Below are positions 21,292-31,497 of a stretch of 64,000 bases of DNA, in pieces. Within the stretch, counting starts at the first letter, position 1. Every line of letters starts with the position of its first letter. Location: NCBI GenBank assembly GCA_029224965.1, contig JAQXVO010000020.1, positions 67,972 to 131,971 of the forward strand, read 5' to 3'. A program made the position numbers and the translations under genes. This DNA is from Lachnospiraceae bacterium (GTDB lineage Bacteria; Bacillota; Clostridia; Lachnospirales; Lachnospiraceae). The notes under the pieces are model-generated. The model ran no database searches. It worked only from the letters and a program-made list of their open reading frames with translations, and had not been told where the DNA came from.

Positions 21292-22299
21292 TTACGATTG
21301 ATGGTAGACCGTATCGTAGTTGATCTCCTTATAGAAGCCGTCATAGATCTCAATATAGTTCCGATCGCAGACTTCCATCAGATACATCATCTTGGTAATC
21401 GTCGCTTCCAGGGTCATATCATAGGCTTCCATGAGGTTGAAGTCGTTCTTGATCTTCTGCCCGACCTCATAGACCTCCATATCACTGCCCTCGTTTACGA
21501 CCTGGGTTGCCATAATGACAATCTTGCCCTTGGAGATCCATTTCTCCATCTCCTGATAGAAGACATCCACCAGGCTCTGAGGGATTCCTCCGACACCGAA
21601 GCTTTCAATGACCAGACAGTCATAATGAAGAAAGAGATATTCCAGTATATCCGGCTTAATTCCGGGAATCAGCTTTAAGACAACCACGCTGTCTCTTACC
21701 TTTTCGATAAACTGGACCGGCTCCTGAAATTTCCGGCAGGGAATATATCGGATAATCCGCCCCTCCCGGATGACTGCCAGGGCAGGGAAATTGACGCTGG
21801 AGAAGGCATTGAAGCTGTGGGCCCTGGTCTTCTTGGCCCGGGTTCCGGCAATGACCTTGCCGCCGAAGACAACGGAGACTCCGGTCGAATTGTCATCCGC
21901 CGCATAAAGGATCGAATCCGAAAGATTGGTCCTGGCATCCGTACTGTCCAGATTGATGGGCTTCTGGGCTCCCGTCAGAACAATGGGCTTGTTGGAATTC
22001 CGGATCATATAGGACAGGGCTGCCGAGGTATAGGCCAGGGTATCGGTCCCGTGACAGATGACAAAGCCGTCATAATTCAGATAATTGTCCTTAACGGCCT
22101 TGACGATTTTTCCCCAGACATCCGGTGTCATATTGGTCGAATCAATATTGCAGAGCTGGAGACAGTCCAGCTGATAGCGGTCTCTTAAGTCCGGTATATA
22201 TTTCAGAAGCTCTTCGCCATCCATTTCCGGACGGAGGCCGTACTCACTCTGGACGCAGGCAATCGTGCCGCCGGTGGCTATGATCAGGATTTTCTTCAT
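21292..22299 (-). CDS. ansA: type I L-asparaginase
   Basis: ATGGTIA, IDSTN, HGTDT, LTGAQ. Confidence 0.92.
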   Translation of the reverse strand: MKKILIIATGGTIACVQSEYGLRPEMDGEELLKYIPDLRDRYQLDCLQLCNIDSTNMTPDVWGKIVKAVKDNYLNYDGFVICHGTDTLAYTSAALSYMIRNSNKPIVLTGAQKPINLDSTDARTNLSDSILYAADDNSTGVSVVFGGKVIAGTRAKKTRAHSFNAFSSVNFPALAVIREGRIIRYIPCRKFQEPVQFIEKVRDSVVVLKLIPGIKPDILEYLFLHYDCLVIESFGVGGIPQSLVDVFYQEMEKWISKGKIVIMATQVVNEGSDMEVYEVGQKIKNDFNLMEAYDMTLEATITKMMYLMEVCDRNYIEIYDGFYKEINYDTVYHQS

Positions 22300-22511
22300 C
22301 TGACGAGACCTGCATGGTATTCCGCATTGAGCTCGCGGATCTCCTTCTTTCCGTCAATATAGGGCTGATAATAAGCCTCAACCGAGCCGCCGCCGAGATT
22401 GTCGCAGCCGTTGCAGAATTCGCATTCCCTGCCGCAGACGTTCAAGGCCTGGTTTACGATCTTTATCCGTTCTTCTCTTGTTGTATCCTTGATTAATATA
22501 GAGCGCATCAT
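22296..22511 (-). CDS. small cysteine-cluster protein (C-x3-C-x2-C-x2-C)
   Basis: GGAGG RBS; ATGA overlap with ansA; CGRECEFCNGC. Confidence 0.8.
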   Translation of the reverse strand: MMRSILIKDTTREERIKIVNQALNVCGRECEFCNGCDNLGGGSVEAYYQPYIDGKKEIRELNAEYHAGLVR

Positions 22512-22677
22512 TTTTCCTCCTGGTTTTCATTGTAACATCTCCTGCAAGGAAAGTCGCCGATTCTACAACTGTTCCGGAACAAAATTCCTCATAAAATTCA
22601 AGAAAGCAATAGTATCTCCCGCTCTTCGCAGGCTATAATAGAGTTGTAAGATCTAACCGCATCCAAAGGAGGTGCCC

Positions 22678-23280
22678 ATGGACAATAAAGTTCTTCATAA
22701 TCTCACTTATGGTCTCTTCATCCTGACAGCAAGGGACGGAGACAAGGACAACGGCTGTGTCATCAACACCGTGGCTCAGGTTGCGAGCCAGCCGGAACGG
22801 ATCGCAATCTCTGTCAACAAGGCCAATTACACCCATGACATGATCCTGAAAACCGGTGCTTTCAATCTGTCGGTTCTGACAGAGAGGGCAAGCTTTGATA
22901 CCTTCAAGAATTTCGGTTTCCAGTCCGGAAGGGATGTCGACAAGATGGCTCCGATCACCTTCGCCCGGTCGGAAAACGGCATTGCCTATCTGACGGAAGA
23001 AACCAATGCCTACCTGTCCTGCAAGGTCATCCAGTCGATCGATGTCGGAAGCCATACCCTCTTCATTGCGGATCTCGTTGACGGAGAAATTCTGGGCAAG
23101 GATCCTTCGGTCAGCTACGCCTACTATTTTGCCCACATCAAACCGAAGCCCCAGCCTGCTCCCGCAAAGAAGGGCTGGATCTGCACCATCTGCGGATACA
23201 TCTATGAGGGCGAAGTTCTGCCGCCTGATTTCATCTGTCCTGTCTGCAAGCACCCGGCAAGTGATTTTAGGCCGCTGTAA
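22678..23280 (+). CDS. flavin reductase-rubredoxin fusion (Hrb-like)
   Basis: LTYGLFILT, FGFQSGRDVDK, GSHTLF; C-terminal WICTICGYIY...CPVC. Confidence 0.9.
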   Translation: MDNKVLHNLTYGLFILTARDGDKDNGCVINTVAQVASQPERIAISVNKANYTHDMILKTGAFNLSVLTERASFDTFKNFGFQSGRDVDKMAPITFARSENGIAYLTEETNAYLSCKVIQSIDVGSHTLFIADLVDGEILGKDPSVSYAYYFAHIKPKPQPAPAKKGWICTICGYIYEGEVLPPDFICPVCKHPASDFRPL

Positions 23281-23515
23281 TCTGTGCTATAAGCTGACCC
23301 GCCTGACAATCTTTATTTTCAGCGGAAATGTAAAGCGTTCTCGTAAGAAAAAAACCGCCTGGGAGACTCCTCGATTCCGATCCAATGACTGGAGTAAAAG
23401 GATTTCTCCCGGGTGGTTTCTATTTGTCCAAAAAACAGCCGCTTCCCTGCGTCTAATGAACGCAAGAAGGCAGCTGCCTGTTTTTTTAGGATGTTCTTAC
23501 GAATCTTTTGATCAA

Positions 23516-24526
23516 TCAGAACTTGCCAGCCTTGGCTGCTTCCTCAACAGAAACGGCTACGGCTACGGTAGCACCAACCATAGGGTTGTTGCCCATACCG
23601 ATCAGGCCCATCATCTCAACGTGAGCCGGAACGGAGGAAGAACCTGCGAACTGTGCATCGGAATGCATACGTCCCATGGTATCAGTCATACCGTAGGAAG
23701 CAGGACCTGCTGCCATATTATCCGGATGAAGGGTACGTCCGGTACCGCCGCCGGATGCTACGGAGAAGTAAGGCTTGCCGGCTTCGATTCTTTCCTTCTT
23801 GTAGGTACCTGCTACAGGATGCTGGAAACGGGTCGGGTTGGTGGAGTTACCAGTGATGGATACACCGACATTCTCATGCCACATGATGGCAACACCTTCC
23901 TGTACATCGTCAGCGCCATAGCACTTAACCTTGGCACGAGGACCATTGGAGAAAGGAGTCTCGGAAATGATGTTCAGCTTTGCAGCCTTGTAGTCATACT
24001 GGGTCTCAACGAAGGTGAATCCGTTGATACGGGAGATGATCTGTGCTGCGTCCTTGCCAAGACCGTTCAGGATAACACGAAGGGGATTCTTACGAACCTT
24101 GTTTGCGTTGTTGGCAATACCGATAGCGCCCTCAGCTGCTGCGAAGGACTCATGACCTGCCAGGAAGCAGAAGCACTCGGTGTCCTCTTCCAGAAGCATC
24201 TTGCCAAGGTTGCCGTGGCCAAGACCTACCTTACGGTGGTCAGCTACAGAACCGGGAATACAGAAGGACTGAAGACCTTCACCGATTGCTGCGGCAGCGT
24301 CTGCTGCACGGCGGCAGCCCTTCTTGATAGCGATTGCGGCACCTACAGTGTAAGCCCACTTTGCGTTCTCAAAGCAGATACCCTGAATGCCTTCAACCAT
24401 GTGATATACATCAAGGCCAGCATCCTTTGTGATCTTCTCTGCTTCTTCGATATCCTTGATACCGTATTTATTCAGAGCGGCAGTGATCTGAGCGATACGC
24501 GCCTCATAGTTTTCAAATAAAGCCAT
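23516..24526 (-). CDS. GGGtGRT family protein
   Basis: SVASGGGTGRTLHPDN signature; MALFENYE start. Confidence 0.93.
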   Translation of the reverse strand: MALFENYEARIAQITAALNKYGIKDIEEAEKITKDAGLDVYHMVEGIQGICFENAKWAYTVGAAIAIKKGCRRAADAAAAIGEGLQSFCIPGSVADHRKVGLGHGNLGKMLLEEDTECFCFLAGHESFAAAEGAIGIANNANKVRKNPLRVILNGLGKDAAQIISRINGFTFVETQYDYKAAKLNIISETPFSNGPRAKVKCYGADDVQEGVAIMWHENVGVSITGNSTNPTRFQHPVAGTYKKERIEAGKPYFSVASGGGTGRTLHPDNMAAGPASYGMTDTMGRMHSDAQFAGSSSVPAHVEMMGLIGMGNNPMVGATVAVAVSVEEAAKAGKF

Positions 24527-24546
24527 TATGTATCTCCTTTCCTTAA

Positions 24547-25239
24547 TTACTCTTTACGAGGATCGATGAACTTAACAGCATCATCAATACGGCCGTACTG
24601 ACCCTTTGCCTTCTCCCAGGCAGTGTTAGGATCATCACCCTTCTTGATGAAGTCGGTCATCTTACCAAGAGATACATACTTGTAACCGATGACTTCGTTG
24701 TTGGCATCCAGAGCCATCTCTGTTACATAGCCTTCGGTCATCTCCAGATAACGAACGCCCTTTGCCTTGGTGCCGTACATGGTACCAACCTGAGAACGAA
24801 GTCCCTTACCAAGATCCTCAAGACCTGCGCCTACAGACAGACCGTCATCAGAGAAAGCGGACTGAGTACGTCCGTAAACGATCTGCAGGAAAAGCTCACG
24901 CATAGCAGTGTTAATTGCATCACAGACAAGGTCGGTGTTCAGAGCCTCGAGAATGGTCTTTCCCTGAAGGATCTCTGCTGCCATTGCTGCGGAATGAGTC
25001 ATTCCGGAACATCCGATGGTCTCGATCAGAGCTTCCTCGATGACACCGTTCTTTACGTTCAGGGAAAGCTTACAGGCACCCTGCTGCGGAGCGCACCAGC
25101 CTACACCATGTGTAAAACCGGAAATATCCTCAATCTTCTTGGCATGTACCCATTTTCCTTCTTCAGGAATTGGAGCAGGTTCATGCTTTGCACCCTTTGT
25201 TACGGGGCACATGTTTTCAACTTCTGCTGTGTATTTCAT
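24547..25239 (-). CDS. NifU/IscU N-terminal-like protein, partner of GGGtGRT
   Basis: GWCAPQQGACK, GCSGMTHS, LVCDAIN. Confidence 0.85.
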   Translation of the reverse strand: MKYTAEVENMCPVTKGAKHEPAPIPEEGKWVHAKKIEDISGFTHGVGWCAPQQGACKLSLNVKNGVIEEALIETIGCSGMTHSAAMAAEILQGKTILEALNTDLVCDAINTAMRELFLQIVYGRTQSAFSDDGLSVGAGLEDLGKGLRSQVGTMYGTKAKGVRYLEMTEGYVTEMALDANNEVIGYKYVSLGKMTDFIKKGDDPNTAWEKAKGQYGRIDDAVKFIDPRKE

Positions 25240-25531
25240 TCATGAACTCCTTTCTTCGAACATGGAATCGAATACAGTCCTGACCCTGCTGTGTCAGAAA
25301 AAAGCTCAGCAGAAGCCCCTGATTCAATCCCGTACACACGGAATTATTATCATACAAAAACCGAAGACTGTCCAGCAGAAATCACAGCTGTTTCCCTTCG
25401 GAACTGTATTTTCTTGAAACCCATGTCCTCTTTCGATCCACATTTTCTTTGGATCCGGATTTCCTTCCTATCCGGATCAGCTTCGGATACGAGTTTTCTT
25501 TCGATTTCTGTTCTGTTCAGAACCGGATCCC

Positions 25532-26206
25532 TCAGGCATGCTTTGCCACGATATGGTCCTTATCCTTGAAGATATGATGGGCCGGAATGACACCGCGGAC
25601 CGAGGAGGTCGGATAGACATTGCAGTCGGGGCAGATGACGGTTCCGGGATTCAGGACGGAATTGCAGCCGACTTCGACATGGTCGCCCAGCATGGCGCCG
25701 AATTTCTTCAGGCCGGTCTCGATTTCTTCATTCTCCTGATGGTCCTTGACCACAACCAGGGTCTTGTCAGACTTTACATTGGATGTGATGGAGCCGGCAC
25801 CCATGTGAGAAAAATAGCCCAGCACCGAGTCTCCGACATAATTGTAATGGGGCACCTGAACGTGGTTGAAAAGGACAACATTCTTAAGCTCAGTCGAATT
25901 TCCGACCACACAGTCATTGCCGACAATGGCATTGCCGCGGATAAAGGCGCCGGGACGGACCTCGGTATTCTCGCCGATAATGCAGGAGCCGCAGATATTG
26001 GCTGCATCATAGATCCTGGCGGACTTGGCAATCCAGATATTCTCGCCCCGCTTCTCATAGATGGCCGGATCCAGGCTTTCGCCCAGCTTCTTTAAGAAAT
26101 CGCCGATCTCGGGCAGGACCTCCCAGGGATAGGTCTTTCCGGAAAAGAGCTCTGCTGCGATGGTCTGGCTCAGATCATACATGTTTTTTATTTTTGTTTC
26201 TTCCAT
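25532..26206 (-). CDS. hexapeptide-repeat acetyltransferase (GlmU C-terminal-like)
   Basis: LbH repeats, HYNYVGDS, GAGSITSN, KFGAMLGD; no nucleotidyltransferase domain. Confidence 0.8.
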   Translation of the reverse strand: MEETKIKNMYDLSQTIAAELFSGKTYPWEVLPEIGDFLKKLGESLDPAIYEKRGENIWIAKSARIYDAANICGSCIIGENTEVRPGAFIRGNAIVGNDCVVGNSTELKNVVLFNHVQVPHYNYVGDSVLGYFSHMGAGSITSNVKSDKTLVVVKDHQENEEIETGLKKFGAMLGDHVEVGCNSVLNPGTVICPDCNVYPTSSVRGVIPAHHIFKDKDHIVAKHA

Positions 26207-26274
26207 GATTTTATATTCCTCCTAAATGAACTCTTTATAATATAGTCTTTTTTCACAGTTTGTGGCGTATTTTT

Positions 26275-28554
26275 TTACTTAGAAGCTCCGGTTGCTTCTG
26301 CTGATTTCGTTGACCTGGAAGATCCGGATGACTTTGATGATGTCGCCCCTCCTGTTTTCTTCGAAGAAGAATCTGAAGAAGCTCTGGCAGCGGTTTTCTT
26401 GCCCCGGTAAGCCTTCTGCTTATCTCCGCGGGCAATCCGGCTTCTCAGTTCCTTCTCATAGAACTGGGAATCTCTGCGGAAAATCTGCTGAAGGCCGGCT
26501 GTGGATCCGTTCTTCATGACAAATTCTGTCCGTCTCTTAATGAAGCCTTCCAGCTTCTCCATATATTCATCCGGCGTGATCTCTCCCTCTGCCACCAGGT
26601 TCAGGCCCTTCTCCCAGCTTGCCGTCAGCTTGGGATCCAGAAGCGACCGGATGGAGCCGTTCACGATATCATAGATAATCTCTCCGGAAAGAGTCGGCGT
26701 GATGATCTGGGTCTTCTTATTGAGGTTGAGGTAGCGGTTCTTGACCAGCTTGGAGAGGATCTCCGCCCGGGTGGCCGAGGTACCGATGCCCTGGCTCTTG
26801 ATCTGCTCCCGAAGTTCCTCATCCTCGATGAGCTGGCCCGCATTTTCCATGGCCAGGATCATGGAACCGGAATTATAGCGCTTGGGCGGTGAGGTCTCGC
26901 CCTCCCGGACACCGAAAGAGGTAAAGCGGACGCCGGCGCCCTTTTTCAGGGTATCAAAGAAGGCTCTTGCTGCCTCGGTCGAATCCTTGTCTTCAGCCTC
27001 ATCCTTTGCATCCGCATTCTCTCCGTCCGCATCCTTTGAATTCCTGCCGCCCTCTGCCCCGGCAGATTTCTGTCCGGGCTTTGTCATATCCCTCTTTGTA
27101 AAAGAATAATTCATGATGCCGAGATAGCCGTTTTTCTCCAGATATTTACCGGAAGCAAAAAACTTCTCACCGGCCACATCGACGGTCAGATGAATCTTCA
27201 GATATTCCGCCGGCGAGAGGAAAATCGCCAGGAAACGACGGACGATGATCTCATAGACATGAGCCGACAGAGGCTTCAGGGATTTCAGAGCCGAAAGGCC
27301 CTGGCCGGTCGGAATGACCGCATAGTGGTCGGTGATCTTCTTGTCGTCGGTATACTTGGTCTTTGCAATTCCCTTATAGCGGCCATTTTTCAGGATATCA
27401 TCGGCCGCCTGGGCATACATGGGAAGATTCGAAAGCCCGCGGATATTCTGGTCGATGACCTTGGCCACGGCCGAGGACAGGACCCGGGCATCCGTACGTG
27501 GGTATGTCACAAGCTTCTTTTCATAAAGCTCCTGGATGATATTCAGGGTTTCATCCGGGCTGATCTTAAAAAGCTTGGAGCAGTCGCTCTGGAGCTCAGC
27601 CAGATTGTAAAGAAGGGGCGGATTTTTCTTCTCCTTCTTCCGGCTCAGTTCCGTCACCTTACCCTCGAGAGACAGGTCGGTATTTTTGTTTTCGTCAAAT
27701 ATAAGGTCCTGCTGCTTCTCTTCCGAATCTCTGAGATAGGTAATCAGCCCGACTGCATCCGGCTCTTTCTTAAAGCCATTTTCCTTATAAAGAAGGGGGG
27801 ACTGGAAATAATGGGAGCCCTCGACAGCCTTCCATTCGGCTGTGAAAAGAGGGGTCTCCGCCACTACCCGGTAGAAGGGGGTCTTCACGAAGTCCCGAAT
27901 CTCCCGCTCCCTCCTGACCACCATGCCCAGGACGCAGGTCATGACACGGCCGACCGAAATCACGGCATAGCGCTCATGAAAGAAGGAGGCCATGGCATTG
28001 CCGTAGCGGAGGGTCAGAAGTCTGGAGAAATTGATACCCATGAGGTAGTCTTCCTTGGCCCGAAGGTAGGCGGCATCGGCCAGATGGTCATAGGCGCTGA
28101 TATCCTTGGCCTCGCGGATGCCCCTCTTAATCTCCTCCTCGGTCTGGGAGTCGATCCAGACCCGGCGCTCATCCTTGTCATGGACATGGGCTTCCTGACG
28201 GACCAGGCGGTAGATGTACTCTCCTTCCCGTCCGCTATCGGTGCAGACATAGATGCGGCTGACATCCTCCCTGTTCAGAAGAGAGGCTACGATATGGAAC
28301 TGCTTTTTCGATGCGGGAATGACCTCGTAGAGAAAGTGATCCGGCAGGAAGGGAAGAGTATCCAGCCGCCATTTCTTATACTTCTCATCATAGGCTTCAG
28401 GATAGCTCATGGTCACAAGATGGCCGACGCACCAGGTCACAACGATGTGATCGGACTCCATATAGCCATCATGGTCAGACATCTTTTCCGAGAAAACCTT
28501 GGCAAATTCCCTTGCCACGCTCGGCTTCTCGGCTATAAAAAGACTCTTGCCCAT
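26275..28554 (-). CDS. topB: type IA DNA topoisomerase III
   Basis: IAEKPSVA, DSGREGE, SVGRV, TYPRTD, GIGTSATRA. Confidence 0.92.
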   Translation of the reverse strand: MGKSLFIAEKPSVAREFAKVFSEKMSDHDGYMESDHIVVTWCVGHLVTMSYPEAYDEKYKKWRLDTLPFLPDHFLYEVIPASKKQFHIVASLLNREDVSRIYVCTDSGREGEYIYRLVRQEAHVHDKDERRVWIDSQTEEEIKRGIREAKDISAYDHLADAAYLRAKEDYLMGINFSRLLTLRYGNAMASFFHERYAVISVGRVMTCVLGMVVRREREIRDFVKTPFYRVVAETPLFTAEWKAVEGSHYFQSPLLYKENGFKKEPDAVGLITYLRDSEEKQQDLIFDENKNTDLSLEGKVTELSRKKEKKNPPLLYNLAELQSDCSKLFKISPDETLNIIQELYEKKLVTYPRTDARVLSSAVAKVIDQNIRGLSNLPMYAQAADDILKNGRYKGIAKTKYTDDKKITDHYAVIPTGQGLSALKSLKPLSAHVYEIIVRRFLAIFLSPAEYLKIHLTVDVAGEKFFASGKYLEKNGYLGIMNYSFTKRDMTKPGQKSAGAEGGRNSKDADGENADAKDEAEDKDSTEAARAFFDTLKKGAGVRFTSFGVREGETSPPKRYNSGSMILAMENAGQLIEDEELREQIKSQGIGTSATRAEILSKLVKNRYLNLNKKTQIITPTLSGEIIYDIVNGSIRSLLDPKLTASWEKGLNLVAEGEITPDEYMEKLEGFIKRRTEFVMKNGSTAGLQQIFRRDSQFYEKELRSRIARGDKQKAYRGKKTAARASSDSSSKKTGGATSSKSSGSSRSTKSAEATGASK

Positions 28555-28576
28555 CCTTACTCTCCTTCCTGCAGTC

Positions 28577-28633
28577 AGAAAAAGAATGCTGTGAATCGTC
28601 TTTATCTCTGACTTTCCACAGCATTCTTTTCTA
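28577..28633 (-). terminator. hairpin terminator after asd
   Basis: AGAAAAAGAATGCTGTG...CACAGCATTCTTTTTCT. Confidence 0.7.
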
Positions 28634-28724
28634 TCTTCGGTTAAAACCGGTCTATATTTCTCTCATCCTGTCAGATCCGGGGTCTGCATTTCTCAGAAGC
28701 CTGTAGATCTGCCGGATTGTAAAA

Positions 28725-29810
28725 TCACTTCTTCTCGATATAACCCTTGGCAGTCAGAAGCTCTGCGCAGAGGACACCGCCGCCTGCTGCTCCGCGGATG
28801 GTATTGTGAGACAGACCGACGAACTTCCAGTCGAAGATCGAATCCGGACGGAGACGGCCGATCGAAACGCCCATGCCGTGCTCGAAGTTAACATCCAGTG
28901 CCACCTGAGGACGATTGTCCTCTTCCATATACTGGATGAAGTGCTCGGGTGCGCTCGGGAGCTTTAATTCCTGGGGAAGGCCCTTATAGTCACGAAGCTT
29001 CTGGATCAGCTCTTCCTTGGCCGGCTGCTTTCTGAAATTGACAAAGCAGGTTGCGGTATGACCGTAGAGAACGGGAACACGGATACACTGGGAGGTGATC
29101 TGGATATTGTCAGCCGGCTTGATCACGCCGTCCTCAACCTTACCCCAGATCCGGAGAGGCTCCTTCTCGGACTTTTCCTCCTCGCCTGCGATGTAGGGAA
29201 TGACATTTCCAACCATTTCCGGCCAGTCCTTGAAGGTCTTTCCGGCTCCGGAAATGGCCTGATAGGTGGAAACGATAGCCTGATAGGGTTCGAATTCCAT
29301 CCAGGCGGACAGGGCCGGTGTGTAGGACTGAATCGAACAGTTGGGCTTTACAGCGATGAAGCCTCTTTTGGTGCCCAGACGCTTTCTCTGGAAGGGGATG
29401 ACATCGATATGATCGGGATTGATTTCCGGAACGACCATGGGCACATCCGGTGTCCAGCGGTGTGCGGAGTTATTGGAAACTACCGGTGTCTCGGTCTTGG
29501 CATAGGCTTCCTCAATGGCACGGATCTCGTCCTTGGACATATCGACAGCGGAGAAAACGAAGTCCACATTTTCCGAAACCTTCTCAACCTCATTGACGTT
29601 CATGACAGTGAGATTCTTAATCTTCTCCGGAATGGGAGTTTCCATCTTCCATCTGCCGTTTACGGCTTCTTCGTAGGTCTTTCCGGCGGAACGCGGGCTG
29701 GCTGCGACGGTTGTCACTTCAAACCAGGGATGGTTCTCCAGAAGTGCGATAAAACGCTGACCGACCATGCCGGTTGCTCCAAGAATGCCGACTCTTAACT
29801 TTTCACTCAT
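28725..29810 (-). CDS. asd: aspartate-semialdehyde dehydrogenase
   Basis: GATGMVGQ, KPNCS, YQAISGAG, HNTIRGAAGG. Confidence 0.95.
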   Translation of the reverse strand: MSEKLRVGILGATGMVGQRFIALLENHPWFEVTTVAASPRSAGKTYEEAVNGRWKMETPIPEKIKNLTVMNVNEVEKVSENVDFVFSAVDMSKDEIRAIEEAYAKTETPVVSNNSAHRWTPDVPMVVPEINPDHIDVIPFQRKRLGTKRGFIAVKPNCSIQSYTPALSAWMEFEPYQAIVSTYQAISGAGKTFKDWPEMVGNVIPYIAGEEEKSEKEPLRIWGKVEDGVIKPADNIQITSQCIRVPVLYGHTATCFVNFRKQPAKEELIQKLRDYKGLPQELKLPSAPEHFIQYMEEDNRPQVALDVNFEHGMGVSIGRLRPDSIFDWKFVGLSHNTIRGAAGGGVLCAELLTAKGYIEKK

Positions 29811-30041
29811 AGCGCTCTCCTTTTTCTTTTTCTTTTCCTTTAATCTATCCTATGATGCGGGTAACAGAGGTGCAGCAGGGCTGGTGTCTTCTGATACTGC
29901 TGTATCACACAAGCTTTGCAAAAATCAGAAAAACCTGACATTATGTCTAACATGATAGCAAAGCAAGACAAAATTACAAGTCCAAGACCGGGTGAATCCG
30001 GATGAAATTGCAGATTTAGGTCCAAATCAATACAGCTCGAA

Positions 30042-31436
30042 TTACAGGCTTAAATCCGGGTGATCATTCAGATACTGCCTGCTTTTTTCGATCTCTTCCT
30101 TCATAACCTCCCGGCCGGGTGCTCCGGTCGTCAGCCGCTTGTCCACGCAGGTCTCCATACTGATGGCTTCATAGATGTCATCCTCGAAGGCCGGGGAGAA
30201 CTGCTTCAGTTCATCCAGGGACATGTCATCGATGGGCTTTTTATTTTCAATGCCGTAAAGAACGATCCGTCCGACAATGCCGTGAGCATCCCGGAAGGGA
30301 ATTCCTTTTCGAACCAGGTAATCAGCTGCATCGGTCGCATTGGTAAAGCCGTGGCGGGCACTTTCCTTCATCCGGTCTTCCCGAAAACGTAAGGTTGAAA
30401 GCATGCCGTTAAAGAGATCCAGGCAGGCATTGGCCGTATCCATGGCATCGAAGGGAAGCTCCTTGTCCTCCTGCATGTCCTTGTTGTAGGCCAGAGGAAT
30501 CCCCTTCATGGTGGTAAGAAGGGACATCAGGGCTCCGTAAACCCGGCCGGTCTTGCCCCGGACCAGTTCCGCAATATCCGGATTCTTCTTCTGGGGCATA
30601 ATGGAAGATCCGGTGCTGTAGGCGTCATCGATCTCAATGAACTGGTACTCATTGGAATTCCAGAGGATGATCTCCTCGGAGAAACGGGACAGATGCATCA
30701 TGATGATTGCCAGAGCCGAGAGATATTCGAGAAGATAATCCCGGTCACTGACTCCGTCCATGGAATTGGCAGTCGGTCCGTAGAAATGTAAAAGCGATGC
30801 CGTATAATCCCGATCCAGGGGATAGGTGGTGCCTGCGAGGGCACCGGATCCCAGGGGGCAGTAATTCATCCGTTCATGAATGTCCGTCATCCGTTCCCGG
30901 TCTCTTTTGAACATCTCGAAATAGGCTCCCATATGATGGGCCAGGGTGATGGGCTGGGCCTTCTGCAGATGGGTAAAGCCCGGCATAATAGTAGAGTCAT
31001 GGGTCTCCATGATATGAAGAATGGTTTCGAGAAGAGAACGGAGATAGGAATCCGTTGCCTCGACTTCCTTCCGGGTGTAAAGACGCATATCCAGTGCCAC
31101 CTGGTCATTTCTGGAACGTCCAGTATGGAGCTTCTTTCCGACCGAGCCGATCCGGTCGATCAGATTGGCTTCGACAAAGGAATGGACATCCTCATATTCT
31201 TCCGTAATGGGAAGCTTTCCTGCCTTTACATCATCCTCAATGGACTGGAGGCCGGAAAGGATCTGATCTCTCTCCTCTACTGTCAGGATGCCCTGCTTTG
31301 CAAGCATCCGGACATGGGCTCTGCTGCCCTCAATGTCCTCGGGAAGGAGCCTCTGATCGAAGCCGATCGAAGCATTGAATGCGTATACCTTGTCATCTGT
31401 CTTTTTCGTGAATCTTCCGCCCCATAACTGAGCCAT
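30042..31436 (-). CDS. argH: argininosuccinate lyase
   Basis: LWGGRF, HTGRSRNDQ, GSSIMPQKKNPD. Confidence 0.97.
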   Translation of the reverse strand: MAQLWGGRFTKKTDDKVYAFNASIGFDQRLLPEDIEGSRAHVRMLAKQGILTVEERDQILSGLQSIEDDVKAGKLPITEEYEDVHSFVEANLIDRIGSVGKKLHTGRSRNDQVALDMRLYTRKEVEATDSYLRSLLETILHIMETHDSTIMPGFTHLQKAQPITLAHHMGAYFEMFKRDRERMTDIHERMNYCPLGSGALAGTTYPLDRDYTASLLHFYGPTANSMDGVSDRDYLLEYLSALAIIMMHLSRFSEEIILWNSNEYQFIEIDDAYSTGSSIMPQKKNPDIAELVRGKTGRVYGALMSLLTTMKGIPLAYNKDMQEDKELPFDAMDTANACLDLFNGMLSTLRFREDRMKESARHGFTNATDAADYLVRKGIPFRDAHGIVGRIVLYGIENKKPIDDMSLDELKQFSPAFEDDIYEAISMETCVDKRLTTGAPGREVMKEEIEKSRQYLNDHPDLSL

Positions 31437-31497
31437 AGGATCTCCTGCCTTTCTTCTTTTTCCTGTTTTCTTTTCCTGTTTTCCTAAATGATATCAC

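Noticed and set aside
23006-24520. 504-aa plus-strand ORF, and similar long antisense ORFs at 7379-8671, 27190-28611 and 57474-58652
   Set aside because: Mirror frames of codon-biased real genes (GGGtGRT, argG, topB, alaS) with no protein-like motifs.
29866-29915. AGAGGTGC lysine-riboswitch-like start near asd
   Set aside because: It is on the strand opposite to asd and the other conserved elements are absent.
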